A DNA stretch of 64,000 nt from an uncultured Candidatus Bathyarchaeia archaeon (GTDB taxonomy: Archaea > Thermoproteota > Bathyarchaeia > TCS64). Every line of letters starts with the position of its first letter. Positions within the stretch are counted from its first letter, which is position 1. The translations under genes were made by a program, and so were the position numbers. The notes below the pieces were generated by a model, which did not search any database, was not told the origin of the DNA, and saw only the letters and a list, made by a program, of their open reading frames with translations. Shown here in pieces: positions 25,077-34,583 of this stretch. The stretch spans positions 1,420 through 65,419 of the forward strand of contig CAZGZR010000003.1 in the NCBI GenBank assembly GCA_964529745.1, in the 5' to 3' direction.

Positions 25077-26057
25077 ATGAACGTTGTCGATTTGAAGGGA
25101 ACGTATCGCGAGATGGGTGAGCAGTACGGGGCTCTCATTAGGGGGCGGTTCCAGCCTCCCCCAGCTTCCGAGGCGAAGAGACGGTTCGCGGATGAGTGTG
25201 AGGCCCTGACGAGGAAGTACGCCCCCGGCGTCGTCGAGGAGATCGAGGGGTTCGCCAGCGCCGCCGGGGTGGACACCGGGCTCATGAAGTGCTTCGTCCT
25301 GACCCTGGGCATCGAACCCGGGTGCACGGTGTTCGCAGTATCCGGGGCCCACACCGACTGCAGTTTACCCATCTATGGACGCAACTACGACTGGGACGTC
25401 AGCTTCAAGAAGCTCTTCACGCCTATGAGGGTAAGACTCGAAGGCGGCAACACGAGCCTCGTCTTCACCGACCACTTCGTCGGGGTCTACGGCGGCGTAA
25501 ACTGTGAGGGACTCGCAGCCGCCATAACCGCCATACCCGCATACATGGGCGAGCCTAGACCAGGGGTACGGATGAACGTAGCCCTCAGGTGGATGCTCGA
25601 CAACCTGGGTACCACCGAGGAAGCCGCCGAGTGGCTCAGCGACACGCCCCACCAGTGGGCACACAACTACCTCCTCGCAGACAAGGATGGTGTACTCGCC
25701 AGAGTCGAGACCTCCCCCGAACTGACTCGGGTACAGCGCTCAGACGAGTTCATGGCCACCACCAACCACTACCACGACCCCGAGCTGAAGCTGCTTGAAG
25801 ACCCTGGGTTCGACTACGGCAACACCCATCGGAGGTACTCGACAGTCGAACGGTGGTACGATGGCAGAGACTTGGTTGGGCTTGAGGACGTGAAGCAGGT
25901 GCTCAGCGGCCACGGCGAAGGCGTTTGCGACCACGGCGTCTGGGACGGCGTCGAGTCGGGCACCATATGGTCATGGATAGCGCCCCTCGGGAGCCGCGTC
26001 GCCTACGTCTGCAATGGAGCGCCGTGCAGAGGAGCCTACGAGGAGATCGCCTTCTAG
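25077..26057 (+). CDS. peptidase C45 / acyl-CoA:6-APA acyltransferase-like Ntn hydrolase
   Basis: GCTVFAV putative autoproteolytic Cys, Ntn-hydrolase layout; ATG 25077 fits a TATA at about 25033-25043. Confidence 0.65.
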   Translation: MNVVDLKGTYREMGEQYGALIRGRFQPPPASEAKRRFADECEALTRKYAPGVVEEIEGFASAAGVDTGLMKCFVLTLGIEPGCTVFAVSGAHTDCSLPIYGRNYDWDVSFKKLFTPMRVRLEGGNTSLVFTDHFVGVYGGVNCEGLAAAITAIPAYMGEPRPGVRMNVALRWMLDNLGTTEEAAEWLSDTPHQWAHNYLLADKDGVLARVETSPELTRVQRSDEFMATTNHYHDPELKLLEDPGFDYGNTHRRYSTVERWYDGRDLVGLEDVKQVLSGHGEGVCDHGVWDGVESGTIWSWIAPLGSRVAYVCNGAPCRGAYEEIAF

Positions 26058-26131
26058 GTCTAAACCACGTTTATATCGTCATGGACGCATAACTCAGTGA
26101 TCCATCGGAGCCGCAGCAGAGGTGAACCTGA

Positions 26132-26890
26132 TTGGAGAGCTACAAGGAGGGGGCCGAAAGGTTCTACGACCTTTTCGGCGAGAAGGACGACGTCGAGTTC
26201 TACATTGAGCAGGCGAGGAGGAGCGGCGGCAAGGCCCTGGAGCTTGGGGTGGGCACCGCCCGCCTAGCGATACGATTGGCGCGCGCCGGCGTGGAGACGT
26301 GGGGGATAGACACCAGCAGGCACATGCTCAACGCCGCGGAGAAGAACATCTCGGGGGAGGATCCGGAGACCCAAGCCAGGCTCCACATGGCCCTCGGGAA
26401 CGCCGTGGACTTCAGGCTCCCCGAGAGGTTCAGCATGATATACTTCCCCAGCTGCAGCTTCGACCACATACTAGACCCCGCTGACCAGAGGGCGGCCCTG
26501 CTTAACATCAGGGAACACCTGGCTCCGGGTGGTCGCTACGTCTTCGACCTGTACCTCGCCAAGGAGCTGAAGGCGGACAGAGGCTGGTTCGTCCAGAGGA
26601 AGACTCTCGAAGACGGAACCAAAGTAATACGTTCAGGATACCACGTCACTAGACCCGAGAGGCGGCTCATGTCGCTGGACATGTGGTACGACCACGTGGT
26701 GGACGGCCGGGTGACCGCGAGGTACTACGAGGGCAGCGACGTCTACGTCCACGACGCCAAAGAGATCAGGAGGATGCTGGACGAGGCGGGCTACGAGGTT
26801 GTCGAGGAGTACGGTGACCACCACGGCAAGCCCTACGAGGATGGGGACGGCCTGATAGTCTTCGTCAGTAGACAACAGAAAACAGTTTAA
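26132..26890 (+). CDS. class I SAM-dependent methyltransferase
   Basis: Motif I ALELGVGTARLA; TTG start. Confidence 0.75.
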   Translation: MESYKEGAERFYDLFGEKDDVEFYIEQARRSGGKALELGVGTARLAIRLARAGVETWGIDTSRHMLNAAEKNISGEDPETQARLHMALGNAVDFRLPERFSMIYFPSCSFDHILDPADQRAALLNIREHLAPGGRYVFDLYLAKELKADRGWFVQRKTLEDGTKVIRSGYHVTRPERRLMSLDMWYDHVVDGRVTARYYEGSDVYVHDAKEIRRMLDEAGYEVVEEYGDHHGKPYEDGDGLIVFVSRQQKTV

Positions 26891-26906
26891 AGAGAGAAGG
26901 TGGGGC

Positions 26907-27929
26907 TCAGCTCTCTGCTACGACCTCGTGCCTCAGGACGCCGATGGGCTGGATCTCGCACTCGACTATGTCACCGACCTTGAGGAAGCCCTCGGGGCCC
27001 CAGCTGTGGGCGACGCCGGCCACGGTGCCCGTTGCGATGACGTCCCCCGGCATCAGCGTCGTGCCGTTGCTCAGGTACTCGATGATCCTGGGTATCCGGA
27101 CGATCATGTTGTCCAGGGTGTTGTTCTGCCTCTCCTGGCCGCTGACCCTGGTCTTGAGCCTCAGCGGCGGATTGAACGGGTCCCTGATCTCGTCGCTGGT
27201 GACGATGCATGGCCCCATGGGGGCGGCGTTGTCCATCCCCTTGCCCTTGGTCCAGTTTATGTCACGCTTGAACATGGGGAAGTCCACGTCCTGGGGGAAG
27301 CCCTGGTCCCGGGCGCTGACGTCTATCATTATGGTGTAGCCGGCGACGTGGTCGTAAGCCTTCCCCGCCGGGATATACTTGCCCTTCCTGCCGATGACGA
27401 CGGCGAGCTCGCACTCGTAGTCCATCCTATCCGTGGCCTTCACCTTGATGAGGGGGTCGCGGGGCCCCACCACCAGCGTGGGGGGCTTCTGGAACATGTC
27501 GGGGACGTCCAGCTTCAGGCTCTTGAGCCTCTCGATGGCCTTCCTCCGCTCCTCAGGATCCTTTATGCGCTCCGTGGCGTGGTCGTAGAAGTTGGCGGCG
27601 GCGCAGTACAGCTTCCCCGGCCTCGGGACAGGGGCCAGCAGCTTCGCCTCGTCCAGCGACAGCACGATCTTCTCCTCGTCGATGCCCTCCGCCCCGGGAT
27701 TTTTCTCCGCGTAGGCGAGGGCTTCATCGGCGGCCTTCATGGACTCGTCTCCTCCCTCGAGGAACCCGATCATGCAGCCGGGGATCAGGGCGTCGGCTCT
27801 TCTCCTAGGCGAGGATACGCCTTCCTCTTTAAGCTTCACGGCGTAAGCCGAGTTGAGGTCAACGATCCTGTCGCCCTTGAGGGCGCCGACTCGTTCCTCC
27901 GTGTGAACCCTAAAAGTCACTAGCTTCAT
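26907..27929 (-). CDS. fumarylacetoacetate hydrolase (FAH) family protein
   Basis: FAH-fold C-terminal domain with metal-binding E/D residues (...DYECELAVVIG...). Confidence 0.8.
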   Translation of the reverse strand: MKLVTFRVHTEERVGALKGDRIVDLNSAYAVKLKEEGVSSPRRRADALIPGCMIGFLEGGDESMKAADEALAYAEKNPGAEGIDEEKIVLSLDEAKLLAPVPRPGKLYCAAANFYDHATERIKDPEERRKAIERLKSLKLDVPDMFQKPPTLVVGPRDPLIKVKATDRMDYECELAVVIGRKGKYIPAGKAYDHVAGYTIMIDVSARDQGFPQDVDFPMFKRDINWTKGKGMDNAAPMGPCIVTSDEIRDPFNPPLRLKTRVSGQERQNNTLDNMIVRIPRIIEYLSNGTTLMPGDVIATGTVAGVAHSWGPEGFLKVGDIVECEIQPIGVLRHEVVAES

Positions 27930-27978
27930 GGTCTCTCTCTATAGGATCTACAGAGGTACTAGAAAATAGTGCTGGAGG

Positions 27979-28404
27979 CTATACAACAGGGTAGCCCGCC
28001 TTTATCCACCCCGTGATGCCCTCGAACATGCGGTATATCTTAGTGAACCCCAAGTCCTCTAGAATGTCCACGGCCTGCGCGCTCCTGTTTCCCGTCCGGC
28101 AGTAAACCAGCAGCTCGTCCTCAATCGACAGCTCGTCGAAGCGGACGCTAAGCTCCTGGACGGGGATGTTCACGGCGCCCTCGATGTGGCCCTCCTCGTA
28201 CTCCGACGCCGTCCTCACGTCCAGTATAACCAGATCCGGCTTGTCCTCTATGAGTCTCCTGGCCTCCTGTACGGTGACGTCGCCGTAGCTGCTCCGGGGT
28301 AGAAGCGACGGGGCGAAGAGCACAGAGGCTATGACTGCCAAGGCGAGCACCACATAGAGAATTCTCCTTTCTCGCTGCTCAAGCCTCTTCATAGGGAATC
28401 TCAC
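27979..28404 (-). CDS. rhodanese-domain sulfurtransferase with N-terminal TM anchor
   Basis: Active-site loop CRTGNRS; N-terminal hydrophobic helix. Confidence 0.75.
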   Translation of the reverse strand: MRFPMKRLEQRERRILYVVLALAVIASVLFAPSLLPRSSYGDVTVQEARRLIEDKPDLVILDVRTASEYEEGHIEGAVNIPVQELSVRFDELSIEDELLVYCRTGNRSAQAVDILEDLGFTKIYRMFEGITGWIKAGYPVV

Positions 28405-28441
28405 AGAAGGGCGACGTAATAACCTGAGCCAGTTTAAGGCG

Positions 28442-29527
28442 TCATATTCTGTGGGTGTTGAAGCCCTTGGTTAAGCCCTCGATGGCCAAGGTCAAGATCT
28501 CCGTCAGGTTGTGGAGGTCGTCCAGGCTTATGACCTCGACGGGGCTGTGGCTGTACCTCCTGGGAACGCCGATGCTGACGGCGGCGACACCCGCCTTGGT
28601 CTGCTGCATCGCTGACGCGTCCGTGCCTCCGTGCATGAGGCCGGTCTGGTACGGTATGCCGTTCATCCCCGCAACGCCTATGAGCCACTTCCTCAGCATC
28701 TGGTTCCCGAGCCGCGTCCTTGAGCCCAGCTCGCCTATGTGGATGGCGGGGCCCTTCCCCACCTCGTAGTAGATGTCCATCATGTTTACGTCTGGCTGGT
28801 AGCCGGCGGAGCACGTGTCTATGGCCACAGCCATGACCACGTCCAGGTCATGCACCGCCACCTCGGCGCCTCTGAGCCCTATCTCCTCCTCGACGGTGCC
28901 GACGTAGTAGACCGTCGCCGGTATGGGCTTGTCGCTGAGGTTCCTCGCTACAGCTATGATTGCGGCGAGCCCCACCCTGTCGTCGGCCGCCGGCGTCGCC
29001 ACGTAGTTGTGGGCCAGCTCCACGGGGGCGGTGTTCCAGACTATGGGGGTGCCTATCTCGACGCCCCAGCTGATTGCCTCCTCCCAGCTGTTGGCTCCTA
29101 TGTCGATGTACATCTCATCTATAGGCGGGACCTTGTACGCCTCCTCAGGCTTGGTGATGTGCCCCGGCTTGATGCCGACGACGCCCATTATGGGGCCTTC
29201 GTCGATTAGAACCCTTACCTGGTGGCCCATTATGCACCGGGGGACGGCGCCGCCTACGCGCCTGAACCTGATGAAACCCTTCTCATCCACGTTGAAGACG
29301 ACGAACCCCACCTGGTCCATGTGGGCTGCGAGGGCTATCCCGGGAGCCTCGGGGTCCGTGCCCCTCTGGACCCCCACCACGTTCCCGCGCGGCGTGTCGT
29401 AGACCTCGTCGCAGACCGGACTCAGCTCATCCACGAGCCTCCTCATCATGGGCTCCTCGAAGCCGCTGGGGCTCCCTATCTCCACGAGGCTGAATAAAAG
29501 CTGTTTAAGGCCCTCCAAACGCTGCAC
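28442..29527 (-). CDS. M42-family (TET/FrvX) aminopeptidase
   Basis: M42 dinuclear-metal fold: H, D, EE, D/H ligand pattern and PDZ-like insert. Confidence 0.8.
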   Translation of the reverse strand: MQRLEGLKQLLFSLVEIGSPSGFEEPMMRRLVDELSPVCDEVYDTPRGNVVGVQRGTDPEAPGIALAAHMDQVGFVVFNVDEKGFIRFRRVGGAVPRCIMGHQVRVLIDEGPIMGVVGIKPGHITKPEEAYKVPPIDEMYIDIGANSWEEAISWGVEIGTPIVWNTAPVELAHNYVATPAADDRVGLAAIIAVARNLSDKPIPATVYYVGTVEEEIGLRGAEVAVHDLDVVMAVAIDTCSAGYQPDVNMMDIYYEVGKGPAIHIGELGSRTRLGNQMLRKWLIGVAGMNGIPYQTGLMHGGTDASAMQQTKAGVAAVSIGVPRRYSHSPVEVISLDDLHNLTEILTLAIEGLTKGFNTHRI

Positions 29528-29567
29528 CTCAATAGAAGATACGGGCCGTCGATGAAATGGTTTTGGG

Positions 29568-29891
29568 TCAGATCTCTATGACGTCTTTGCTGGCTTTCCC
29601 CGGCCTCGCCGTCTCCGGGTTCACGTCCTCCAGCATCTCCAGGAGGCTCTCCAGCTTCTCGTTCATCAATATGTCCTTGAACTCCAAGTACTCATCGGCT
29701 GACCTAATTATGAGGCCCCGGCGCTTCGTCGGGCTGCCGCTGGCGTCCACCGGGTTCACCTCGACGCAAAGGCTCGGCTCCCTGTTCTTGCTGCCCGGCA
29801 TCCTCATCACGAAGACCCCCGGGACGGTCGTCTTCACCTTCTCCCAGTCTTTGCCCTTCTGAAGAAATTCCGCTAGCTTCTCCTCTGACAT
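29568..29891 (-). CDS. hypothetical protein (107 aa) co-oriented upstream of the M42 peptidase
   Basis: Protein-like composition; no family recognised. Confidence 0.4.
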   Translation of the reverse strand: MSEEKLAEFLQKGKDWEKVKTTVPGVFVMRMPGSKNREPSLCVEVNPVDASGSPTKRRGLIIRSADEYLEFKDILMNEKLESLLEMLEDVNPETARPGKASKDVIEI

Positions 29892-29968
29892 ACCCTGATC
29901 AACCCGTTCCCGGTATACAAGGGTTACCCAAGAGCTTCACCGGTTATTTATAGTTTAACCTCGAATAC

Positions 29969-31666
29969 ATGTACATGGTTTCTGAAGGGTTCGTCTATCA
30001 GGACAGGCGCTGGGTGGGCGCCGGTAGGAGCGACTGTGTCGCTGAGAACGGGATGGTGGCGTCCAAGCACTCCCTCATAGGGGAGGCCGGCGTCGCCGTC
30101 ATGAAGAAGGGTGGGAACGCCGTGGACGCGGCAGTCGCCGCCGCTTTCATGGACTGCGTCGTCGAGCCGGCGATGAACGGCATAGGCGGGGAGGGCGTCA
30201 TGGCGATACACCTGGAGTCCGGCGAGAACGTCATAGTGGACTACGTTGGCAGGCCGTCAGTGAACTGCACCCCTGACATGTACGAGGTGGAGGACGTCGC
30301 CGAGCCGGGGTGGATGGGCTGGTACAAGGTGAAGGACGACGCCAACGTCGTCGGACACAAGGCCTGCACCACGCCGGGCACCGTCGCGGGACTCACGACG
30401 GCCCTCGAGCGGTACGGCACCATGAGCCTCGGGGAGGTCATGGCTCCAGCCATAAAGGTGGCAAAGGAGGGCTTCACCGTGGGCTGGTGGACCGCCGACC
30501 ACATCTTCAGGCGCATGGAGGGGTTCTGGGGGTTCGACGAGTGGAGGCGGGTCTACCTCAGGGAGGGCCGGTTCCCGTACCTTCCCTACGTCCGAGGGAT
30601 GGCTGAGCCTCACGTCCTCGTGAACGAGGAGCTCGCCAAGTGCCTTGAGGCGATTTCGCTGGAGGGGCGCGACGCCTTCTACGAGGGATGGATAGCCAGG
30701 GCCATCTCGGATGAGATGGAGAGGGGCGGCGGCCTCATTACCATGGAGGACCTGGCCATGTACGAGCCAATCATACACTCGCCCGACCCGGGGAGCTACA
30801 GGGGCATCGACGTGGTGTACGACCCTACCCACAGCGGGACCACGATGATGCAGATACTCAACATCATGGAGGGATACGACTATTCATCAATGGGGTTCAT
30901 GAGCCCTGAGCGCCTCCACGTCGTCGCCGAGAGCGTCGGCCTTGCCTTCGCTGACAGGTTCAAGTACATGGGTGACCCCGGCTTCGTGGAGGTCCCCCAG
31001 AGGGGCCTAGTCTCCAAGGAGTACGCAGCCGAGCTCCGGGGGAGGATAGACCCCGAGAGGGCTGGCGCCGTGGAGTTCCATGACCCGTGGCCCTACGAGT
31101 CGGAGTGCACCACGGCCCTCGCCGTGGCCGACAAGGCTGGGAACATGGTCTGCGTCAACCAGACTCTCGTCAACTCCTTCGGCTGCGGCGTCGTGATACC
31201 CGGCACAGGCATAGTAATGAACAACGCCATGTACGGCCTCGACCCGGAGCCGGGCCACGCAAACAGCATCGACGGCAGGAAGCGTCGTATACAGAACGTG
31301 TGCCCAACCGTGCTGCTCGACGAAGGAGAGCCCTACATGGTACTCGGCGCTCCCGGCGGCAGGAACATACAGGTCTCCGTGGCCCAGGTCATCCACCACG
31401 TCGTCGATTACGGGATGGGGGCCCAGGACGCCGTGGACGCCCCGAGGCTGACCCGGGAGACCGGGACCGTCTACATCGACTCTCGATACCCGGCCGCCAC
31501 GAGGGACGAGCTTGTATCCATGGGCCACGACATCGACTGGGTAGACCCCGAGCTCAAGAGCTGGGGCAGGCCGGTGGCCGTGGTCACGGACAGAGATACC
31601 GGGCTGCTCCACGGCGGCGTCTACTCGCTGTTGACAGGATTCGAGTCCATGGCGGTAGGGTTCTAA
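29969..31666 (+). CDS. ggt: gamma-glutamyltranspeptidase
   Basis: GGT N-terminal GMVAS.H.L..EAG..V.KKGGNAVDAAVA and catalytic Thr region (NQTLVNSFG); leaderless with TATA at about 29945. Confidence 0.85.
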   Translation: MYMVSEGFVYQDRRWVGAGRSDCVAENGMVASKHSLIGEAGVAVMKKGGNAVDAAVAAAFMDCVVEPAMNGIGGEGVMAIHLESGENVIVDYVGRPSVNCTPDMYEVEDVAEPGWMGWYKVKDDANVVGHKACTTPGTVAGLTTALERYGTMSLGEVMAPAIKVAKEGFTVGWWTADHIFRRMEGFWGFDEWRRVYLREGRFPYLPYVRGMAEPHVLVNEELAKCLEAISLEGRDAFYEGWIARAISDEMERGGGLITMEDLAMYEPIIHSPDPGSYRGIDVVYDPTHSGTTMMQILNIMEGYDYSSMGFMSPERLHVVAESVGLAFADRFKYMGDPGFVEVPQRGLVSKEYAAELRGRIDPERAGAVEFHDPWPYESECTTALAVADKAGNMVCVNQTLVNSFGCGVVIPGTGIVMNNAMYGLDPEPGHANSIDGRKRRIQNVCPTVLLDEGEPYMVLGAPGGRNIQVSVAQVIHHVVDYGMGAQDAVDAPRLTRETGTVYIDSRYPAATRDELVSMGHDIDWVDPELKSWGRPVAVVTDRDTGLLHGGVYSLLTGFESMAVGF

Positions 31667-31703
31667 GACCCGACAGCGGGGCTGCCCCCGGTGGGCTCTA
31701 AGA

Positions 31704-32534
31704 CTATCGACCAGCTGAGCCCAGGAGGGCCCGCACCTCCCTCAGGAGCTCGTCCCTATCTTCCTCTTCATCCCGCCAGAGTCTATCCAGCTCCCGCCGC
31801 CGCTCCGCCGAGATCAGTCCTTGAGCCCTGGCCTGGTTCAACGCCTCGACGAACTCCCTGTATACGTTCCTCGTCTTCCTCGGTCTGGCCAGCCTCTCCC
31901 TGATCACCTCTCGCCGGGTCTTGATGCTGGACAACAACTCGATGAGCGGCCTCATCTCCCTCAGCGCCTGTCCGAAGGATTCTCGGTTCAACGGGGTGTT
32001 GATCGACGCCAGATGGACCTCCGGGGACCTCGGCTTGACGTAGACAGACTGGTTGTTGACGATCCTTCTGCCCCCTTTCCGCAGCTCGTCGGCCTCATCC
32101 AGCAGCCTTCTGAGAAGCCCACCGTCCAGCCTTGAGGTCAGATACCTCCTTACGGGCTCGGTGTCGGGGCGGTCACTGCTTCCGCTGTAGAGCTTTGTCT
32201 CGTACACTGTGGGGAGGCCCCCGAGCAGATTAAACAGCTTTTCATGCTCCTCCATGTGGGTCTCCCTGAAGATGTTCTCCAGTTGTTCGACGCTATTCTT
32301 GGACAGGTAGACGATGGCCAGCGCTAGCTCTTGGTCTCCGAGTCGCAGCTGGAGGCTCGGTAGCGGCCTATCCTCTTCCTTACCCGTTCCTCTCAGGGAT
32401 ACAGTAAGCAGGTCTTCGGCTGACACGTTCTCCATGACCTCTCTCTCGCTGAGGCTGGGAACCAGCCCGTCCAGCTCCTCCTCCACTAGCCTGTACCATC
32501 CGACGTATTTTCCTCTCCAAGCCATCCGCTTCAC
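31704..32534 (-). CDS. hypothetical protein (about 273 aa), charged helical C-terminal half
   Basis: Coherent ORF convergent with ggt; no family recognised. Confidence 0.45.
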   Translation of the reverse strand: MKRMAWRGKYVGWYRLVEEELDGLVPSLSEREVMENVSAEDLLTVSLRGTGKEEDRPLPSLQLRLGDQELALAIVYLSKNSVEQLENIFRETHMEEHEKLFNLLGGLPTVYETKLYSGSSDRPDTEPVRRYLTSRLDGGLLRRLLDEADELRKGGRRIVNNQSVYVKPRSPEVHLASINTPLNRESFGQALREMRPLIELLSSIKTRREVIRERLARPRKTRNVYREFVEALNQARAQGLISAERRRELDRLWRDEEEDRDELLREVRALLGSAGR

Positions 32535-32595
32535 CGGGCTAACCAGAGAAGGTGTGAGTGCCTAAAAAAGTGTTGAGAAAAAAGGAAAGGGGGGT

Positions 32596-33372
32596 TTAGG
32601 AGGTTGAGGCCGTTTTTCTTGCTTTGGCGCTCGTGTTCTTGGCGCTCACGCTCGGAGTCAGCGCATCGGTGCTCTGCACCTGGGGTTTCCTCCAGCCCCA
32701 GCCGATGGGGTGGGCGCTGCCCCTCATGTGGAAGCCGTACATGTCTCCGTCGTGGCTCATGTAGCCTTTCATGGCCAGCCTCACGCCGAACCGCGCTCTG
32801 CCTATCCTTCCGATGGCCCATAGGTCCAGGTCTTCCCCGTGGAGCTTCATCACGAAGACTCCGTCGCTGCCTAGGACCGCCACTCCCTTGACGCCTACGC
32901 GTTCACCGTTGTGGCCTACTATGCCCCAGACGATGTCGTAGACTACGCCGTACTCGGTCGTCTTGACCTTCGTTGCCGCGAACATCGTGCCGATCGGGGT
33001 AGCTAGGCTGCTCTCCTCTACGTCAGCGTCGCCCAGGGGCCACGAGGAGCCATATGTGCGGGCGATCCACAGCGGGCTCGCCGTGTCGTCGTCCTCCACC
33101 GCGGGGGCGTTCTCTGCGGCGCTGATCCTGTCATCGATCTCGTTCTCGTTGAGGTCGTCGAGCTCGATGGCCTCAGGCTGCGTCAGCTTTAACCTTTTCT
33201 GTATCTCAGCCTTCAGGGACTGCTGTATACTCTGCACACGCTGAGCCCGATTAACAAAAGCCTCGGGCTGGGGGGAGTTGTTGTCCACCGCGGCGGCCAT
33301 GACGGGCGTCACCGCGAGGAACGAGGCCACTATGAGGGCCATCACCATCAGGGTTTTGGTTCTTGTCTTCAT
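32596..33372 (-). CDS. secreted hypothetical protein with N-terminal signal peptide
   Basis: MKTRTKTLMVMALIVASFLAVTPVMAAA signal peptide; beta-rich body; basic C-tail; start at the ATG that begins the signal peptide. Confidence 0.5.
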   Translation of the reverse strand: MKTRTKTLMVMALIVASFLAVTPVMAAAVDNNSPQPEAFVNRAQRVQSIQQSLKAEIQKRLKLTQPEAIELDDLNENEIDDRISAAENAPAVEDDDTASPLWIARTYGSSWPLGDADVEESSLATPIGTMFAATKVKTTEYGVVYDIVWGIVGHNGERVGVKGVAVLGSDGVFVMKLHGEDLDLWAIGRIGRARFGVRLAMKGYMSHDGDMYGFHMRGSAHPIGWGWRKPQVQSTDALTPSVSAKNTSAKARKTASTS

Positions 33373-33430
33373 TTTTGACCGTTGCACCCATAGGCGTAAG
33401 TATACCATAAGGAACCCCGTGGACGCGGTG

Positions 33431-33511
33431 TTTCAGAACCGGAACCGCTGTTTCACCCGACGAAGGCGCCGTATTTCACGATGTTTTCACCCGGAGGGCC
33501 TCATTTTTCAC
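33431..33511. promoter_or_regulatory. five direct repeats of (G)TTTCAC(CCG) phased 20/23/11/21 bp, upstream of the secreted-protein gene
   Basis: TTTCAG/TTTCAC at 33431, 33451, 33474, 33485, 33506; GTTTCACCCG occurs twice; TATA-like sequence at about 33400-33412 on the minus strand. Confidence 0.45.
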
Positions 33512-33533
33512 CGCTCTGAACGTCTGGTCCTCT

Positions 33534-34499
33534 TTAGCCGTAGTTCCTGCTGGTCAAGACCACGACGAACGTGGACTCCCTGGGCCTGGCCTTCTCCTTG
33601 ACGTATTCGGTCATCGCCGCCAGAGCCGCGGAGGACGCCGGGAGCACGGCCAGCCCCTCCTCATTCAAGAGCATCTGGCTGAACGCGGCGAGCACCTCGT
33701 CCCCCAGACCCACGGCGTATCCGCCGCTGTCCCAGAGGGCGTCCAGCGCGTGCTGTCCGTCGAGGCTCCTCCAGCTGACGATGGGCTCGTTCACCGGGGT
33801 CTCCACGATGCTCTCGGGGTCGAGTTCCTTTATCCTCTTTTTCCCTTTGTTGTAGCTGGTTACTATGGGGTTTCCCCCGTCCGTGCTCGCGCAGACCATG
33901 ACAGGTACCTTGTCGGTGAGCCCTCGCCGCCTCAGCCTCTTGAAACCTTGGTATATGCCGCTGAAGCACGTGCCGTTGCTCGTGGAGACCGAGACAGCGT
34001 CTGGGGCGTAGCCGAGTTCGTCGAAGACCTCCCGGGAGATGGTCTCGTAGGCTTTTAGGCTGGCATCCGTGTTCTCTTTTGTACCTGGGTTGCCGTTGTA
34101 CCACCCTTTTTCCGCCGCCTCCTGTGCACTCAGTTCCACCAGCTCTTCGTAGGTTCCGGGGGCGATGTGGACTACACCGCCCTGTCTCTCCATCTCGGCT
34201 ATGCGCGGCGCTTGGTACTTCTCAGGTATGTACACGTGGGGCTTGATCTCGAAGTACCTGCTGAGGTGAACTATGCTGGCGCCGAAGTTGCCGCAGCTGG
34301 CGACCGCTATCTCGTCGTGACCCTTCTCCCTGGCTAGCTGGAGGGTGGCGTAGCCGGCCCTGTCCTTCATGGTACCCGTGGGGTTCCCGCCCTCGAACTT
34401 TAGCCAGAGTTTACTGAAATCTAGCAATTTTTCTATGTTTCTTGAACGAGTAAAAACGGTGTCCCCTATGCCCACTTCTTTAAACTTATCTGTGAACAT
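33534..34499 (-). CDS. threonine synthase-like fold-type II PLP-dependent enzyme
   Basis: FEGGNPTGTMKDRAGYAT PLP-lysine motif and the following ASCGNFGAS glycine loop match the ThrC/TrpB family. Confidence 0.65.
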   Translation of the reverse strand: MFTDKFKEVGIGDTVFTRSRNIEKLLDFSKLWLKFEGGNPTGTMKDRAGYATLQLAREKGHDEIAVASCGNFGASIVHLSRYFEIKPHVYIPEKYQAPRIAEMERQGGVVHIAPGTYEELVELSAQEAAEKGWYNGNPGTKENTDASLKAYETISREVFDELGYAPDAVSVSTSNGTCFSGIYQGFKRLRRRGLTDKVPVMVCASTDGGNPIVTSYNKGKKRIKELDPESIVETPVNEPIVSWRSLDGQHALDALWDSGGYAVGLGDEVLAAFSQMLLNEEGLAVLPASSAALAAMTEYVKEKARPRESTFVVVLTSRNYG

Positions 34500-34583
34500 G
34501 CCCTGTTTTCATGGCCCCTGCTTTTTAGAAAGAAATATTACGATCAATTAAAGTCACCGATCTAGAATAGTAGGTCCGAAACA

